A DNA stretch of 64,000 bases. It comes from Minisyncoccia bacterium. GTDB taxonomy: Bacteria > Patescibacteriota > Minisyncoccia > Phycocordibacterales > UBA9973. The stretch covers positions 192,769 through 256,768 of the forward strand of contig JBAQNN010000003.1 of the NCBI GenBank assembly GCA_049303835.1. The letters are read 5' to 3'. This document shows positions 31,312 through 40,597 of the stretch, piece after piece. Positions within the stretch are counted from its first letter, which is position 1. The number at the start of each line of letters is the position of its first letter. The position numbers and the translations under genes are program-made. The notes below the pieces were generated by a model, which was not told where the DNA came from, searched no databases, and saw only the letters and a list, made by a program, of their open reading frames with translations.

Positions 31312-33264
31312 TTATTTCTTCTTGCCCTTATGTGTAGATTTTATATCTCGGGTCAAAGCTTTTAGAATAACATCTAGCTCCATGGTCGCTACTCCTACTA
31401 CTGTATCCGCTCCCCCATAATAAATATAAAGCAGGCCATCTTTTACCACCATACCACACGGGAAAACGACATTATTTACTATGCCATTTTTTTCGTAAGG
31501 TTCTTCCGGTTCAAATATCGGATCAGTGGTACGTGAGAGCACAAGAGCTGGATCTTTAAGATCAAGCAAGGCTGCCCCTATACGATACGTATGATGGTTT
31601 GTAGAAATACCGTGGTAAAGAAGTAACCAGCCGTGCTTGGTTTTTATTGGTGGCGCAGAAATACCGACCTTCAGACTGTCCCATGCATTTATTCTTGGTC
31701 CGATAATCCTAATACATTTTTTTACTGTTTCAGTTTTAAAACTAAGAGATTTTAGATAGTCCCCGCATATTTCACTACCGACTCTGTGCAGAATAAAATA
31801 TTTTCCATTAATTTTCTCCGACAAAATACAAGTATCTTTATCATCAAAACCTGCCGGGGTAATCAGAGCCGGTTTTGTCCACTTCCAATTTTTTTTGAGA
31901 AAATCTTTTTCCGTAATAGAAGACACCGCTACCCTCGGGGGGCCAACACCATCAAAGGCCGTATAACACATATATATCTTCCCTCCTATCTTCGTCAATC
32001 GCGGATCCTCACAACCAGAATTTCCGCCAGCCACTTTTTTTAATTCAAAACTTTCTCTAGGAACATACACTGGCTCTGTATCTCTCTCGTCTATAGAAAA
32101 TCCATCCTTGGTATTCGCATAACCAACAGTGGACGTATTGTCCATGGATAAAGCACGGTATAAGAGATGTGTTATGTTGTTTATTTTTAACGCAGCCGGA
32201 TTGAACACAGCTTGAGCTTCCCATGGGTGTGTCTTGTCTGGTGTGATAATCGGGTTTTCGGGAAAACGTTTGAAATGCCATCGCATGCTTGTTTCCGGAC
32301 GCATAGTCCCTATCAAATCATCAATATTTACATGTGCCATGCAGACAGTCATATCCGTCGCTCCATAATATATATAGAGAGTATCTTTTTCTAAAATTGC
32401 ACCCGAGGGGAAGATCACATCAGGAACATGGCCTAAAAGTTCATACGGCTCCCGTGGGACTAAAACAGGACCTCTGGTATGCCCAACAACGCTGAGTGGA
32501 TTATCTAAATCAAGAAGTGCCGCTTCAATCCCGAAGATACGTGGCAAATTGTCTCCTCCAGGAAAATAATTTTGGATGTGAGAATACAAAATGAGCCACC
32601 CATGTGGGGTTTTGATAGGGGTAGTCCCGACCTCGGTATGATCGGATTCCGTTCTTTTTAATGAGATCGTGTGTTCGTCCAAACTTGCATACCATTTTTC
32701 CCAAAAACGGGGATTCCACAATTCCTCTATTTTATCCACTTGAGCAATAGCGATTTTTGATGGGGGCATATCTGTATTTACCGTCAGTATTACTGTGATT
32801 TTTCCGTTGATGCGTTTAGGAAAAAGAGTCATTGCTTTGGCATTGAAAGGTGTGACCAAGTGTCGTTCGTCAATTTTTTTTAAATCTTTTGAGACAGCCA
32901 CCGCCACCTTGATTCCCTCTGCGCCAAATGGATACCTGGAAAGTGCGGTATAAAAAGTATAATAATTTCCTTCAAAATAAGTTATGCGCGGATCTTCACA
33001 GCCATATTTTTCCCATTCTTCTTCTGGGGTAATAAAAGGAGCACAGTCTTCAAAATGCACTCTATCTTTACCCTTACCGATTCCAATAATTGATATTCTC
33101 TCAGGAACTCGCAATTTGTCTTCCGCTCCTATCGCCCGATACACGCCATAATAAGTTTTCCCTTTTTTTACGACACTCATATTAAACGCAGCAAAAGCCT
33201 CCCAGTAATGGTCTTTAAACGGAATTAAAATTGGATTATGGTGGGATCTTTTTACTACGTACAT
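31312..33264 (-). CDS. Tandem double GH130-family (beta-mannoside phosphorylase-like) protein
   Basis: Two repeats of the GH130 core (NPIL/IT-P...WEA.A.FN, YYG.YRA, GCEDPRIT/LT, YYG(G)A); no signal peptide. Confidence 0.7.
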   Translation of the reverse strand: MYVVKRSHHNPILIPFKDHYWEAFAAFNMSVVKKGKTYYGVYRAIGAEDKLRVPERISIIGIGKGKDRVHFEDCAPFITPEEEWEKYGCEDPRITYFEGNYYTFYTALSRYPFGAEGIKVAVAVSKDLKKIDERHLVTPFNAKAMTLFPKRINGKITVILTVNTDMPPSKIAIAQVDKIEELWNPRFWEKWYASLDEHTISLKRTESDHTEVGTTPIKTPHGWLILYSHIQNYFPGGDNLPRIFGIEAALLDLDNPLSVVGHTRGPVLVPREPYELLGHVPDVIFPSGAILEKDTLYIYYGATDMTVCMAHVNIDDLIGTMRPETSMRWHFKRFPENPIITPDKTHPWEAQAVFNPAALKINNITHLLYRALSMDNTSTVGYANTKDGFSIDERDTEPVYVPRESFELKKVAGGNSGCEDPRLTKIGGKIYMCYTAFDGVGPPRVAVSSITEKDFLKKNWKWTKPALITPAGFDDKDTCILSEKINGKYFILHRVGSEICGDYLKSLSFKTETVKKCIRIIGPRINAWDSLKVGISAPPIKTKHGWLLLYHGISTNHHTYRIGAALLDLKDPALVLSRTTDPIFEPEEPYEKNGIVNNVVFPCGMVVKDGLLYIYYGGADTVVGVATMELDVILKALTRDIKSTHKGKKK

Positions 33265-33271
33265 AAAATAA

Positions 33272-34474
33272 TCAGGCTCTTCCTTTTTTGCTTTTTACTT
33301 TCGTTGCGTTGGAATGTATCAATTCCTCTAAAAATTTATCCAAATTGGCAGTCGCCACGCAGGAAACCTTATCAGCTCCGCCATAATATACAAACAATTC
33401 ATTATTCTTAACTATCGCCCCGCAAGAATATACCACGCCAGCCTTATACCCTTCATTTTCATACCATTCGTCCGGTTCCAAAATCGGTTGATTAGAATTA
33501 TATAAAATTTTCGTAGGGTCTTTTGTATCCAAAATCATCGCCCATAGTTTGTATCTGTGCATTTCACCCTTATCCATTTTATGATATAACACCAGCCATC
33601 CGTATTTCGTCTTGATAGGAGTAGGACCCACACCCCTTATGAGTCTGTCGCGAGCCCCCCACAAAGGACTCCCTTGGTGAACACTATGTATAAAATTACT
33701 TCCATTGAGTTCCTTTAAATCTTTCAAATAATCTATCATCACGTGTGGAGAAATACTGTGTAGAATTGCGTATTTATTATTTATTTTTTCCGGAAAAAGA
33801 ACCCAATTTTTGTGGATTTGGCCTGGGGGAGAAATCAAAACAGGTTTTTCCCAGTTCCAACGTCTTTGGATAAAATCATCCAGACTGATAGAAGTGAGGG
33901 CTATCCTTACAGATCCCCAACCATCAAAAGCTGTGTAAATCAAATACACCCTATCATCAAAAAGAGTCAGTCTGGGATCTTCACAGCCCCCTCCCCAACC
34001 GCCTCCGGAACAATAAGATATCTGCGGCACTATTTTTGATACAGGCTCTACCACTTTGTGATAATAAGCGAGTTCTTTTGAATTTTTTTCTATATTAAAA
34101 CCATTAAAACTTTTTGCGTAGCCTAATACTGAAATATCGTTTTCCCCAATGGCTCTGTAAATTATGTGAACTTTCCCATCGTGATAAAGAGCGGCAGGGT
34201 TAAAACTAGCTTTGGACTCCCAATACAAATTGCTTTCTGGTTCAATAATTGGATTTTTGTTTGATCTTTTTAAATCAAGCGAAGTCTTCTTTCGGGCTAA
34301 GGTCTTTGGCAGAATTTTCTTTATAATCTTTTTTTTCTTAACGAGAACTTTCTTGGTAGTTTTTTTAACCACCCTTTTAACTGCTTTTTTCGCGCTGCGC
34401 AATGTAGGCTTTTTTGTTAAAACTTTTTTTATTTTCTTCCCGCCGTGGCGGACAATCTTTTTAAGCGCGACCAT
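33272..34474 (-). CDS. GH130-family protein with ~75-aa Lys-rich N-terminal extension
   Basis: N-terminus KKIKKVLTKKPTLRSAKKAVKRVVKKTTKKVLVKKKKIIKK then GH130 core (NPIIEP...FNPAAL, GGCEDPRLT, VYYGGAD). Confidence 0.7.
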   Translation of the reverse strand: MVALKKIVRHGGKKIKKVLTKKPTLRSAKKAVKRVVKKTTKKVLVKKKKIIKKILPKTLARKKTSLDLKRSNKNPIIEPESNLYWESKASFNPAALYHDGKVHIIYRAIGENDISVLGYAKSFNGFNIEKNSKELAYYHKVVEPVSKIVPQISYCSGGGWGGGCEDPRLTLFDDRVYLIYTAFDGWGSVRIALTSISLDDFIQRRWNWEKPVLISPPGQIHKNWVLFPEKINNKYAILHSISPHVMIDYLKDLKELNGSNFIHSVHQGSPLWGARDRLIRGVGPTPIKTKYGWLVLYHKMDKGEMHRYKLWAMILDTKDPTKILYNSNQPILEPDEWYENEGYKAGVVYSCGAIVKNNELFVYYGGADKVSCVATANLDKFLEELIHSNATKVKSKKGRA

Positions 34475-34802
34475 ATTTATCTTTTATTCTTACAATATCT
34501 TCCTCATCAAAATTTCCAAAAGCTATCTCCAGGACTTGCACATCATCATCTTGAGCCTCAAGCTGATGGAGCTCTAACTTCTCTATTATAAACTCTTCTC
34601 CTGGATTTGCACTTTTTTTAGTTTCTCCAATAGTGATGAGGGGATGACCGGAAATAACTCGCCAAAATTCTGTTCGGTCGTTGTGATATTGCAAACTTAA
34701 AGATGAATTAGAATTAACGGAAAGAATTTTTACTGTACTTATCTCATTGTGGGTAAATTGATCAAACTGCCCCCAGGGTTTTTTTACCGTGAACGTCTTC
34801 AT
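34461..34802 (-). CDS. Cupin, type II phosphomannose-isomerase-like
   Basis: KPWGQF...LSLQYH..R.E.W cupin motifs as in ManC C-terminal PMI domain. Confidence 0.55.
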   Translation of the reverse strand: MKTFTVKKPWGQFDQFTHNEISTVKILSVNSNSSLSLQYHNDRTEFWRVISGHPLITIGETKKSANPGEEFIIEKLELHQLEAQDDDVQVLEIAFGNFDEEDIVRIKDKYGRA

Positions 34803-34832
34803 ATTATATATATTATATAACTAAATAGATTT

Positions 34833-35600
34833 TTAGCTAATCCATTTTCTTATAATTTCTCCGGTTTCTTCCGGACCTTTGACTGCAATGGTTTCCATCC
34901 CTGCCTCTTGCACTGAATAATCGTTTCCGCCAGGGAAAAGAGCGTCTCCGACGAATAATAAGTCCGATTTTTCAAGCCCAATTTTATTAAGCAATCGTGT
35001 AAGTCCTACCGCTTTGTTAAATCCCTTAGACAAAATATCAATACTGGAACTACCGTTGATCAAAATATCAACTTCCGGTAATTTAGGAGCGAGGACTGCT
35101 TTGATTTTTTCTCTTTTTTTTCTATCCGGATCCCAAAGTCTTTTTATTTCAATCGGGGCTTGTTGTCCATTTGGAGTAAAAGTAATTTGAGTATCTCTGT
35201 CTTCTATGATATGCCCTATGGGGTTCGGCGGTATCCCATAGTCAGGATCAGCGATGATGCCTTCTAATAATTTTATCGCCCGTTCTTTAACCTCATCATC
35301 TAGTGGTTCTTTATCTGTCAATTCCCAATCTTTTTTTATTTCATCATACTCATATTTTTGACTACCGCTGGTAGGTAACAATGTAAGGTTTCGGATAAAC
35401 GAAGCCATAGTATCATCACTACGGAATGGAGGGAAAAATTGGGTTTGAAATTGTTTAAAACTTCCACCACTGATTATTACTACCATTCTTTTTTTGACAA
35501 GTTCTTTTACCAGAGAAGCCATCTCTTTTGTTATGGGTGATTTGCTGACCGTAAGTGTTCCATCAAGATCAAAAGCTATAATTTTATTAGGAGGCAACAT
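34833..35600 (-). CDS. Eukaryote-type phosphomannomutase (HAD-IIB PMM family)
   Basis: FDLDGTLT, ISGGSFKQF, LFVGDALFPGGNDYS match PMM1/2 signature motifs. Confidence 0.75.
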   Translation of the reverse strand: MLPPNKIIAFDLDGTLTVSKSPITKEMASLVKELVKKRMVVIISGGSFKQFQTQFFPPFRSDDTMASFIRNLTLLPTSGSQKYEYDEIKKDWELTDKEPLDDEVKERAIKLLEGIIADPDYGIPPNPIGHIIEDRDTQITFTPNGQQAPIEIKRLWDPDRKKREKIKAVLAPKLPEVDILINGSSSIDILSKGFNKAVGLTRLLNKIGLEKSDLLFVGDALFPGGNDYSVQEAGMETIAVKGPEETGEIIRKWIS

Positions 35601-35601
35601 T

Positions 35602-36081
35602 TTATTTTTTATGTTTTTTTGTTTTTTCTTTTGCTTTTTTGACCAACTCAGATGAACTTTGGACTTTACCGCCCCAACCGACGTCGTTGACTATGACACA
35701 TCCCACTTCATTGCAAACCGCTACTTCGGGGATGTTGCCGGAATGTCTGTCTCCTCCTTTGGCAAAAATATGAGGACGAAGAGCTCGGATATCTTCAGTA
35801 ACACTAATATCTTTTGTATTTTTCTTATGACTACTTAGAACAACTCTATCAACAAAATGAAAGGCCTCAATAATTTCTTTACGTTCGTGTTCCGCCATAA
35901 AAACAAATCCTTTTTTTAATCTTAACCAATGGTCATTGTTGAGCAACACTACAAGCTCATCACCCAACTTTTTTGCTTCTTGCAACAACCTCACATGCCC
36001 GATATGTATCGGATCAAATCCCCCACTGACCATCACCACTTTCTTTTTTTTAGATGAAGGTTTTTTGCTCATAAAACTCAA
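35602..36081 (-). CDS. HIGH-motif cytidylyl/adenylyltransferase-like nucleotidyltransferase (TagD / RfaE domain II family)
   Basis: GGFDPIHIGHVRLL; ~140-aa core with Lys-rich termini. Confidence 0.6.
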   Translation of the reverse strand: MSFMSKKPSSKKKKVVMVSGGFDPIHIGHVRLLQEAKKLGDELVVLLNNDHWLRLKKGFVFMAEHERKEIIEAFHFVDRVVLSSHKKNTKDISVTEDIRALRPHIFAKGGDRHSGNIPEVAVCNEVGCVIVNDVGWGGKVQSSSELVKKAKEKTKKHKK

Positions 36082-36093
36082 ACTAACAAGAAT

Positions 36094-36768
36094 TTATTTT
36101 AATAGAAATCTCAAGGTGGAAACTACGCGAATCTTTTTATATTCAGGAGAACCCGGATCTTTATCGGTAATATCAAATACCCCTTGATTTCCACGAGAGA
36201 CACTGCCCAAACGAGAACCGGACTCTTGCGCAAACTGTAAAGCTGAAGTTCTGGCGTTTTTAATGGCTTCGGCAAGCATCTCTGGTTTGATGCTATTGAT
36301 ATCTGAGAATTGAAAATCTATTGAGTTCTGGCTCAGGGTTACTCCCTTTTTAACCAAAGCTAAAGTTTCTTTGGATGTAGCTCGTACTAAGTCAACTTTT
36401 TTAGTGTAAACAGATAATTGAATATAAGCATTATACCTAAATAAAGCATCTTTATAGGTATCTTGGTAAATATTCACAGGAGCAACATTTATTTCTGATG
36501 CCTCAAATCCTTTTTCTGTTAAAAACGACTTTATGGTCAAAGTATTTCTCTCAATATCAGCGTAAAGAGAGTCTATATTGTTTGACTTTACATCAAAATT
36601 GATGGACCAGATGGCCACATCCGCCTTCACTATTTTTTCCGACAAACCTTTGACCTCTACATAGGATCCTTGTTTTGAAAAATTCTGAGCAGAAAGAAAA
36701 AACACAAAACTAAAAACTAGTAATACCGCACTGATAATCCACACACTATAATTTTTTATATTTTCCAT
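36094..36768 (-). CDS. SIMPL-domain (DUF541) secreted/anchored protein
   Basis: N-terminal TM, SIMPL-like AIKNARTSALQFAQESGSRLG segment. Confidence 0.6.
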   Translation of the reverse strand: MENIKNYSVWIISAVLLVFSFVFFLSAQNFSKQGSYVEVKGLSEKIVKADVAIWSINFDVKSNNIDSLYADIERNTLTIKSFLTEKGFEASEINVAPVNIYQDTYKDALFRYNAYIQLSVYTKKVDLVRATSKETLALVKKGVTLSQNSIDFQFSDINSIKPEMLAEAIKNARTSALQFAQESGSRLGSVSRGNQGVFDITDKDPGSPEYKKIRVVSTLRFLLK

Positions 36769-36792
36769 AGCAATATTATAACATAAAATAAA

Positions 36793-37974
36793 CTAAACAA
36801 AATCTACCCTATGTTTCCTAAAAAGCATGACAAACACTCCTATCGCTACTAGAGCCATAAAAGCTGCAAAAATAAAGGCATAAATAGGATTAAACATCCA
36901 AAGCCCACCCGCAATCAATGAGGCAAGCAGGTAAATCAACCCCACAACCAGATTATACGCCCCCATGGCCGTAGCTCTCCTCTCTTTCTCCAGGTCAGCG
37001 ATAAATGCTCTGCCTTGCGCTGCATCTATGCTGTAGAAAATTCCGTACAAAATAAACAAAATTATAATTTCCCATTTTTCTTTGGCAAAAATAAACCCAA
37101 GGGACATAACAAGATAGGTCAGATATCCGAGAACAACGATATATTTTCGGCCAATTAAATCACCGAGCTTGCCGACCGGGACAGAGACAACGACAAAAGA
37201 AATATTGAAAAGAGCATAAAGTAAAACTACGTCTTTTATGACAAAACCAATGTCATAAGCTCTCAATAATAAAAATCCAAAACTAAAATAAGCGACGGAA
37301 AAGATACCCGATGGAATCAGAAATTTTTTGAATGATGGATTTAAAGTTTTCCAAGCTTCAAAAAGATTTTCTCTTTCATGCGGAATCCCCGGACGATCTT
37401 TCATCATAGAGAGCACGGCCACAGATATGGCCGCCGTGATTACCGCCATAATAAAAATTATATTAAAAGTATTTTTCTCTTGTCCCAGGAAAAGAAATAA
37501 AACATACACAATAAGCGGACCCAAGATGGCTCCCGCTTTATCCATAGCCTTGTGCACTGCGAAAGCATATCCCCTGGTGGGGCCTTCCGCTACTTCCGAA
37601 AGCCACGCATCTCTGGGTGGACCACGAAAACTTTTTCCCATACGTTCAATAATTCTAAAAGAAGCGAGCGCCACGACCGAAGAAGGAACCAAGAGCATCC
37701 CTTTTGCTAAGGTAGAAAAACCATACCCCAAAATAGTATATTTTTTTCTTTTTCCTGATCTGTCTGACAACCATCCAGAAAAATAATCCAAGGAAGAAGC
37801 GGAAAAATCTGCAAAGCCTTCCACTAGACCCAAAAGAGTGGCTGGAGCTCCCACAATCACCGTGAAAAACATAGAAAAAACAGAAAAAACAGCCTCCGAA
37901 CTGACATCCGTCAGGAAACTAACAATTCCTAATTTAAAAACATCAGGATGAACATTGAATGGCCTCTTTTCCAT
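36793..37974 (-). CDS. MFS transporter
   Basis: 12 predicted TM helices, loop 2-3 motif GWLSDRSGKRK. Confidence 0.75.
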   Translation of the reverse strand: MEKRPFNVHPDVFKLGIVSFLTDVSSEAVFSVFSMFFTVIVGAPATLLGLVEGFADFSASSLDYFSGWLSDRSGKRKKYTILGYGFSTLAKGMLLVPSSVVALASFRIIERMGKSFRGPPRDAWLSEVAEGPTRGYAFAVHKAMDKAGAILGPLIVYVLFLFLGQEKNTFNIIFIMAVITAAISVAVLSMMKDRPGIPHERENLFEAWKTLNPSFKKFLIPSGIFSVAYFSFGFLLLRAYDIGFVIKDVVLLYALFNISFVVVSVPVGKLGDLIGRKYIVVLGYLTYLVMSLGFIFAKEKWEIIILFILYGIFYSIDAAQGRAFIADLEKERRATAMGAYNLVVGLIYLLASLIAGGLWMFNPIYAFIFAAFMALVAIGVFVMLFRKHRVDFV

Positions 37975-38005
37975 AAATTTTTTTAAGTTATCTCAGAAAC
38001 CCTTT

Positions 38006-38137
38006 TTATCCTTTATTTTCAGTTTTTCTCAGGGCTCTTTTAGCAAGCATCGTCCTCTTCACTGCTAGACGTTTCGCTGTCTTATGAGAACGTCTTGATT
38101 TCTTTTTTGGACTAAGCGTAGTTCCTCTTTTTGCCAT
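38006..38137 (-). CDS. rpmH: 50S ribosomal protein bL34 (43 aa), missed by ORF track
   Basis: MAKRGTTLSPKKKSRRSHKTAKRLAVKRTMLAKRALRKTENKG aligns to the bL34 pattern (KR.R.H...GR.VLA.RR.KGR). Confidence 0.5.
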   Translation of the reverse strand: MAKRGTTLSPKKKSRRSHKTAKRLAVKRTMLAKRALRKTENKG

Positions 38138-38223
38138 ATTGTTACCCGCCTATGGCGGTATTTAAATCTAACTAATAATAAACTAGTCTATAGTATATCC
38201 TAAAACTAGAGATACCCCAAATT

Positions 38224-38724
38224 TTATTTTAAAATTGCACCCACCACGACACCCAATCCTATGGCAATTCCTCCAATAATAACCATCCTTAAAGCATTTT
38301 TTAGAATCCTAGTCTTTAAAATTTCCGCACTTACAAACCCTAAAACAATTAAAGACAATAAGCTCCCCGCGACAGACCACCACAGAGCCCACGGAACGGT
38401 AATGAAAAAGTATGGAAGTAATGGAATCAAGCCACAAAGTAGATAAGATACAAACATTATAAATGCTGCCATCAGGGAATTACTTTTTTGTATTTCGTAA
38501 CCTGGAGATGATTCTTCGGTGGTACGCTCGGACAAGAAACTACCGACAAACATGGAAAATGCCTCCACACAAATCAAAACCGTACCTGAGATAATTATTT
38601 CTTTTTGCACCATCCCCGCAGAAGCTACCCCTGCCAGCAAGCCCACGGTAGACACCAAACTATCTTCAGCCCCAAAAATAAAATTTCTGGTAAACAAAAG
38701 AAGGGTTTTGTTATTTAAAGTCAT
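38224..38724 (-). CDS. VIT1/CCC1-family (iron/manganese) transporter
   Basis: FGAEDSLVSTVGLLAGV motif and 5 TM topology. Confidence 0.7.
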   Translation of the reverse strand: MTLNNKTLLLFTRNFIFGAEDSLVSTVGLLAGVASAGMVQKEIIISGTVLICVEAFSMFVGSFLSERTTEESSPGYEIQKSNSLMAAFIMFVSYLLCGLIPLLPYFFITVPWALWWSVAGSLLSLIVLGFVSAEILKTRILKNALRMVIIGGIAIGLGVVVGAILK

Positions 38725-38734
38725 CTAGTAAGGA

Positions 38735-39136
38735 TTATGGCATTAATACTTGAGTACAAAACGAACAACGCTTGGCTCCTAGCGGAATTTCGCTCAAGCA
38801 TTCTACACATTTCTTAGTTGTGGGATCAGCAGGAGGCTCTTTGTGAGATCGTGAGACCAGGATGTTCATCGGCTTCACTACAAAGAAAAAGATAGTAGCT
38901 GCAACCAAAATAAAAGAAATTAAAGCATTCACAAAATGTCCATACATAAAATTACTGCCATTTATACTGAAGAAAAGTCTGGAGAAATCCGGGACCTTTG
39001 CAATAGCTGCAATCAATGGAGTAATCAAATCAGAAACCAAAGCAGACACGACGGTACCAAAAGCCGCACCGATGACGACGCCTACCGCAAGATCAACCAC
39101 ATTACCTCTAAGTAAAAATTGTTTGAATTCCTTTAA
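38735..39136 (-). CDS. mscL: Large-conductance mechanosensitive channel MscL with C-terminal CxxC...CxxC zinc-ribbon extension; start reassigned to MLKEFKQF
   Basis: FKQFLLRGNVVDLAVGVVIGAAFG signature; C-terminal KKCVECLSEIPLGAKRCSFC. Confidence 0.85.
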   Translation of the reverse strand, partial: LKEFKQFLLRGNVVDLAVGVVIGAAFGTVVSALVSDLITPLIAAIAKVPDFSRLFFSINGSNFMYGHFVNALISFILVAATIFFFVVKPMNILVSRSHKEPPADPTTKKCVECLSEIPLGAKRCSFCTQVLMP

Positions 39137-39149
39137 CATAAATAAAAAG

Positions 39150-39506
39150 TTAGAAAGAAAAATAATGAGAGAATTGCCCGACAAAAGGAAGTTCTTTTTC
39201 GCGTCCTTCTACGACATTTACAATACCGATAATAGCCAGGATCAACACAGCCAGATTAATTAAATTCATAAACATAAAAAGCGACCACATCATAGAACCG
39301 AGGACCCACACTATCACCTCAATCACGACCAAAACCAGACCTTGCTTGATGTGAAATTTTACGAAAGGATCATCTTTGGCAACCAAATAAGAAACGATAA
39401 CAAGTGGACCAAGATACGCCAAAACTCCCATCACGGTTTTGTTGTCTTTTTTGTTAATAATATTTGTACCCCCTCCCGAACTTTCGTTTTTATTATTAGG
39501 ATCCAT
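39150..39506 (-). CDS. DUF4870-like small membrane protein
   Basis: YLGPLVIV...KDDPFVKFHIKQGLVL motif. Confidence 0.5.
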   Translation of the reverse strand: MDPNNKNESSGGGTNIINKKDNKTVMGVLAYLGPLVIVSYLVAKDDPFVKFHIKQGLVLVVIEVIVWVLGSMMWSLFMFMNLINLAVLILAIIGIVNVVEGREKELPFVGQFSHYFSF

Positions 39507-39604
39507 AAATATTTAAAGCACTAAATTAATAATTAATATCGCCTCTTAAATTATAGCATGAATCTTTCTTTTCCTTCCACCTCCTTATTTGCTATACTTG
39601 TCTA

Positions 39605-40156
39605 ATGGAATTTAAACTTGAAAAACCCTCTTTGGAAACCGAAAATCCCAATGAAAATAGGGATAAAATAATGGAAAAAGCTCAAGAAGAACGTCTAAAA
39701 CTAAAATTTGATGTCTTTTTAAAAACAGTAAAATTAGCCATACACTTCCTAGAAGTCACCACCCCTATCGGAAATTTTAAAATGGGGGCAGAAGCAATGC
39801 TAGGTAAAAGATTTTTGACAGGTGAAGAATTAAGTAAAAAGGATAGAATTATGTATGGTCTGATAGTTTTACATAGCTCAATCTATGCCACCTTGCTGGG
39901 ATATGGACTCATCAAAGGAGACCCGAACGCAATCATGTTGTCTGCTCCAGTGTATGCAATTACAGTCGGGCTCACCATCGCGGGGAAAAGACAACAAGTA
40001 AAAGAAGACATACCTGAATCTGTAAAAAAATACGGAGATTCATTGAATGAACAACTCATAGCATCTAAAAAAGCAATAGAAGAATACGGCCAGGAAAATG
40101 TAAAAAAATTAATAGAAAAAATAAAACAAAACAAAAAACCAGATGACAACGAGTAA
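39605..40156 (+). CDS. Hypothetical membrane-associated protein
   Basis: Track ORF, two hydrophobic helices, no recognised domain. Confidence 0.4.
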   Translation: MEFKLEKPSLETENPNENRDKIMEKAQEERLKLKFDVFLKTVKLAIHFLEVTTPIGNFKMGAEAMLGKRFLTGEELSKKDRIMYGLIVLHSSIYATLLGYGLIKGDPNAIMLSAPVYAITVGLTIAGKRQQVKEDIPESVKKYGDSLNEQLIASKKAIEEYGQENVKKLIEKIKQNKKPDDNE

Positions 40157-40325
40157 CACAACAAAAGAGTACCTACAAAAACTAATCACCGACTTGGTTA
40201 AAAATGGCGAAGATAAAGAAGAACTTTCCGTCTGGCTTGATTTGTATGATTTACTCTCACCCGAGGAACGCACCACCCTCGTCGGCAATCTTGAAAAGGA
40301 GTTGAAAGACTTGCAAGAATTATAA
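40143..40325 (+). CDS. Small hypothetical acidic protein (60 aa), overlaps upstream gene by 14 nt
   Basis: Track ORF; translationally coupled arrangement. Confidence 0.3.
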   Translation: MTTSNTTKEYLQKLITDLVKNGEDKEELSVWLDLYDLLSPEERTTLVGNLEKELKDLQEL

Positions 40326-40512
40326 AAAATAATATTTGTTTAAGTATAGGTCTTTAATTTCATCCTATATCTAAATAGCCACTTGGCTATTTTACTAAAA
40401 AATATAACCAGTATATCTAAACAAACAAAAAAGATAGAACGCACAGTTTCTATCTTCATAATTTTTTTATTATTAGACCACATATTTCTTGTCACTGAGG
40501 CGATTGTATTAC

Positions 40513-40597
40513 GGCAAATGTATATCAGGATAAATGGGTCGATTATTTTTCTAATTATCAAAATAACTATTAAAAACCTAATAAAAAATAAAACCCT
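40513..40597 (+). promoter_or_regulatory. Conserved ~80-bp upstream leader, copy A (paralogue of 46962-47040)
   Basis: cggcaaatgtatatcaggataaatgggtcgattat...aaaataactattaaaaac is ~88% identical to copy B. Confidence 0.6.

Noticed and set aside
40340-40561. 73-aa minus-strand ORF
   Set aside because: Lies across the conserved 80-bp leader and a terminator hairpin. AT-rich, low-complexity translation.
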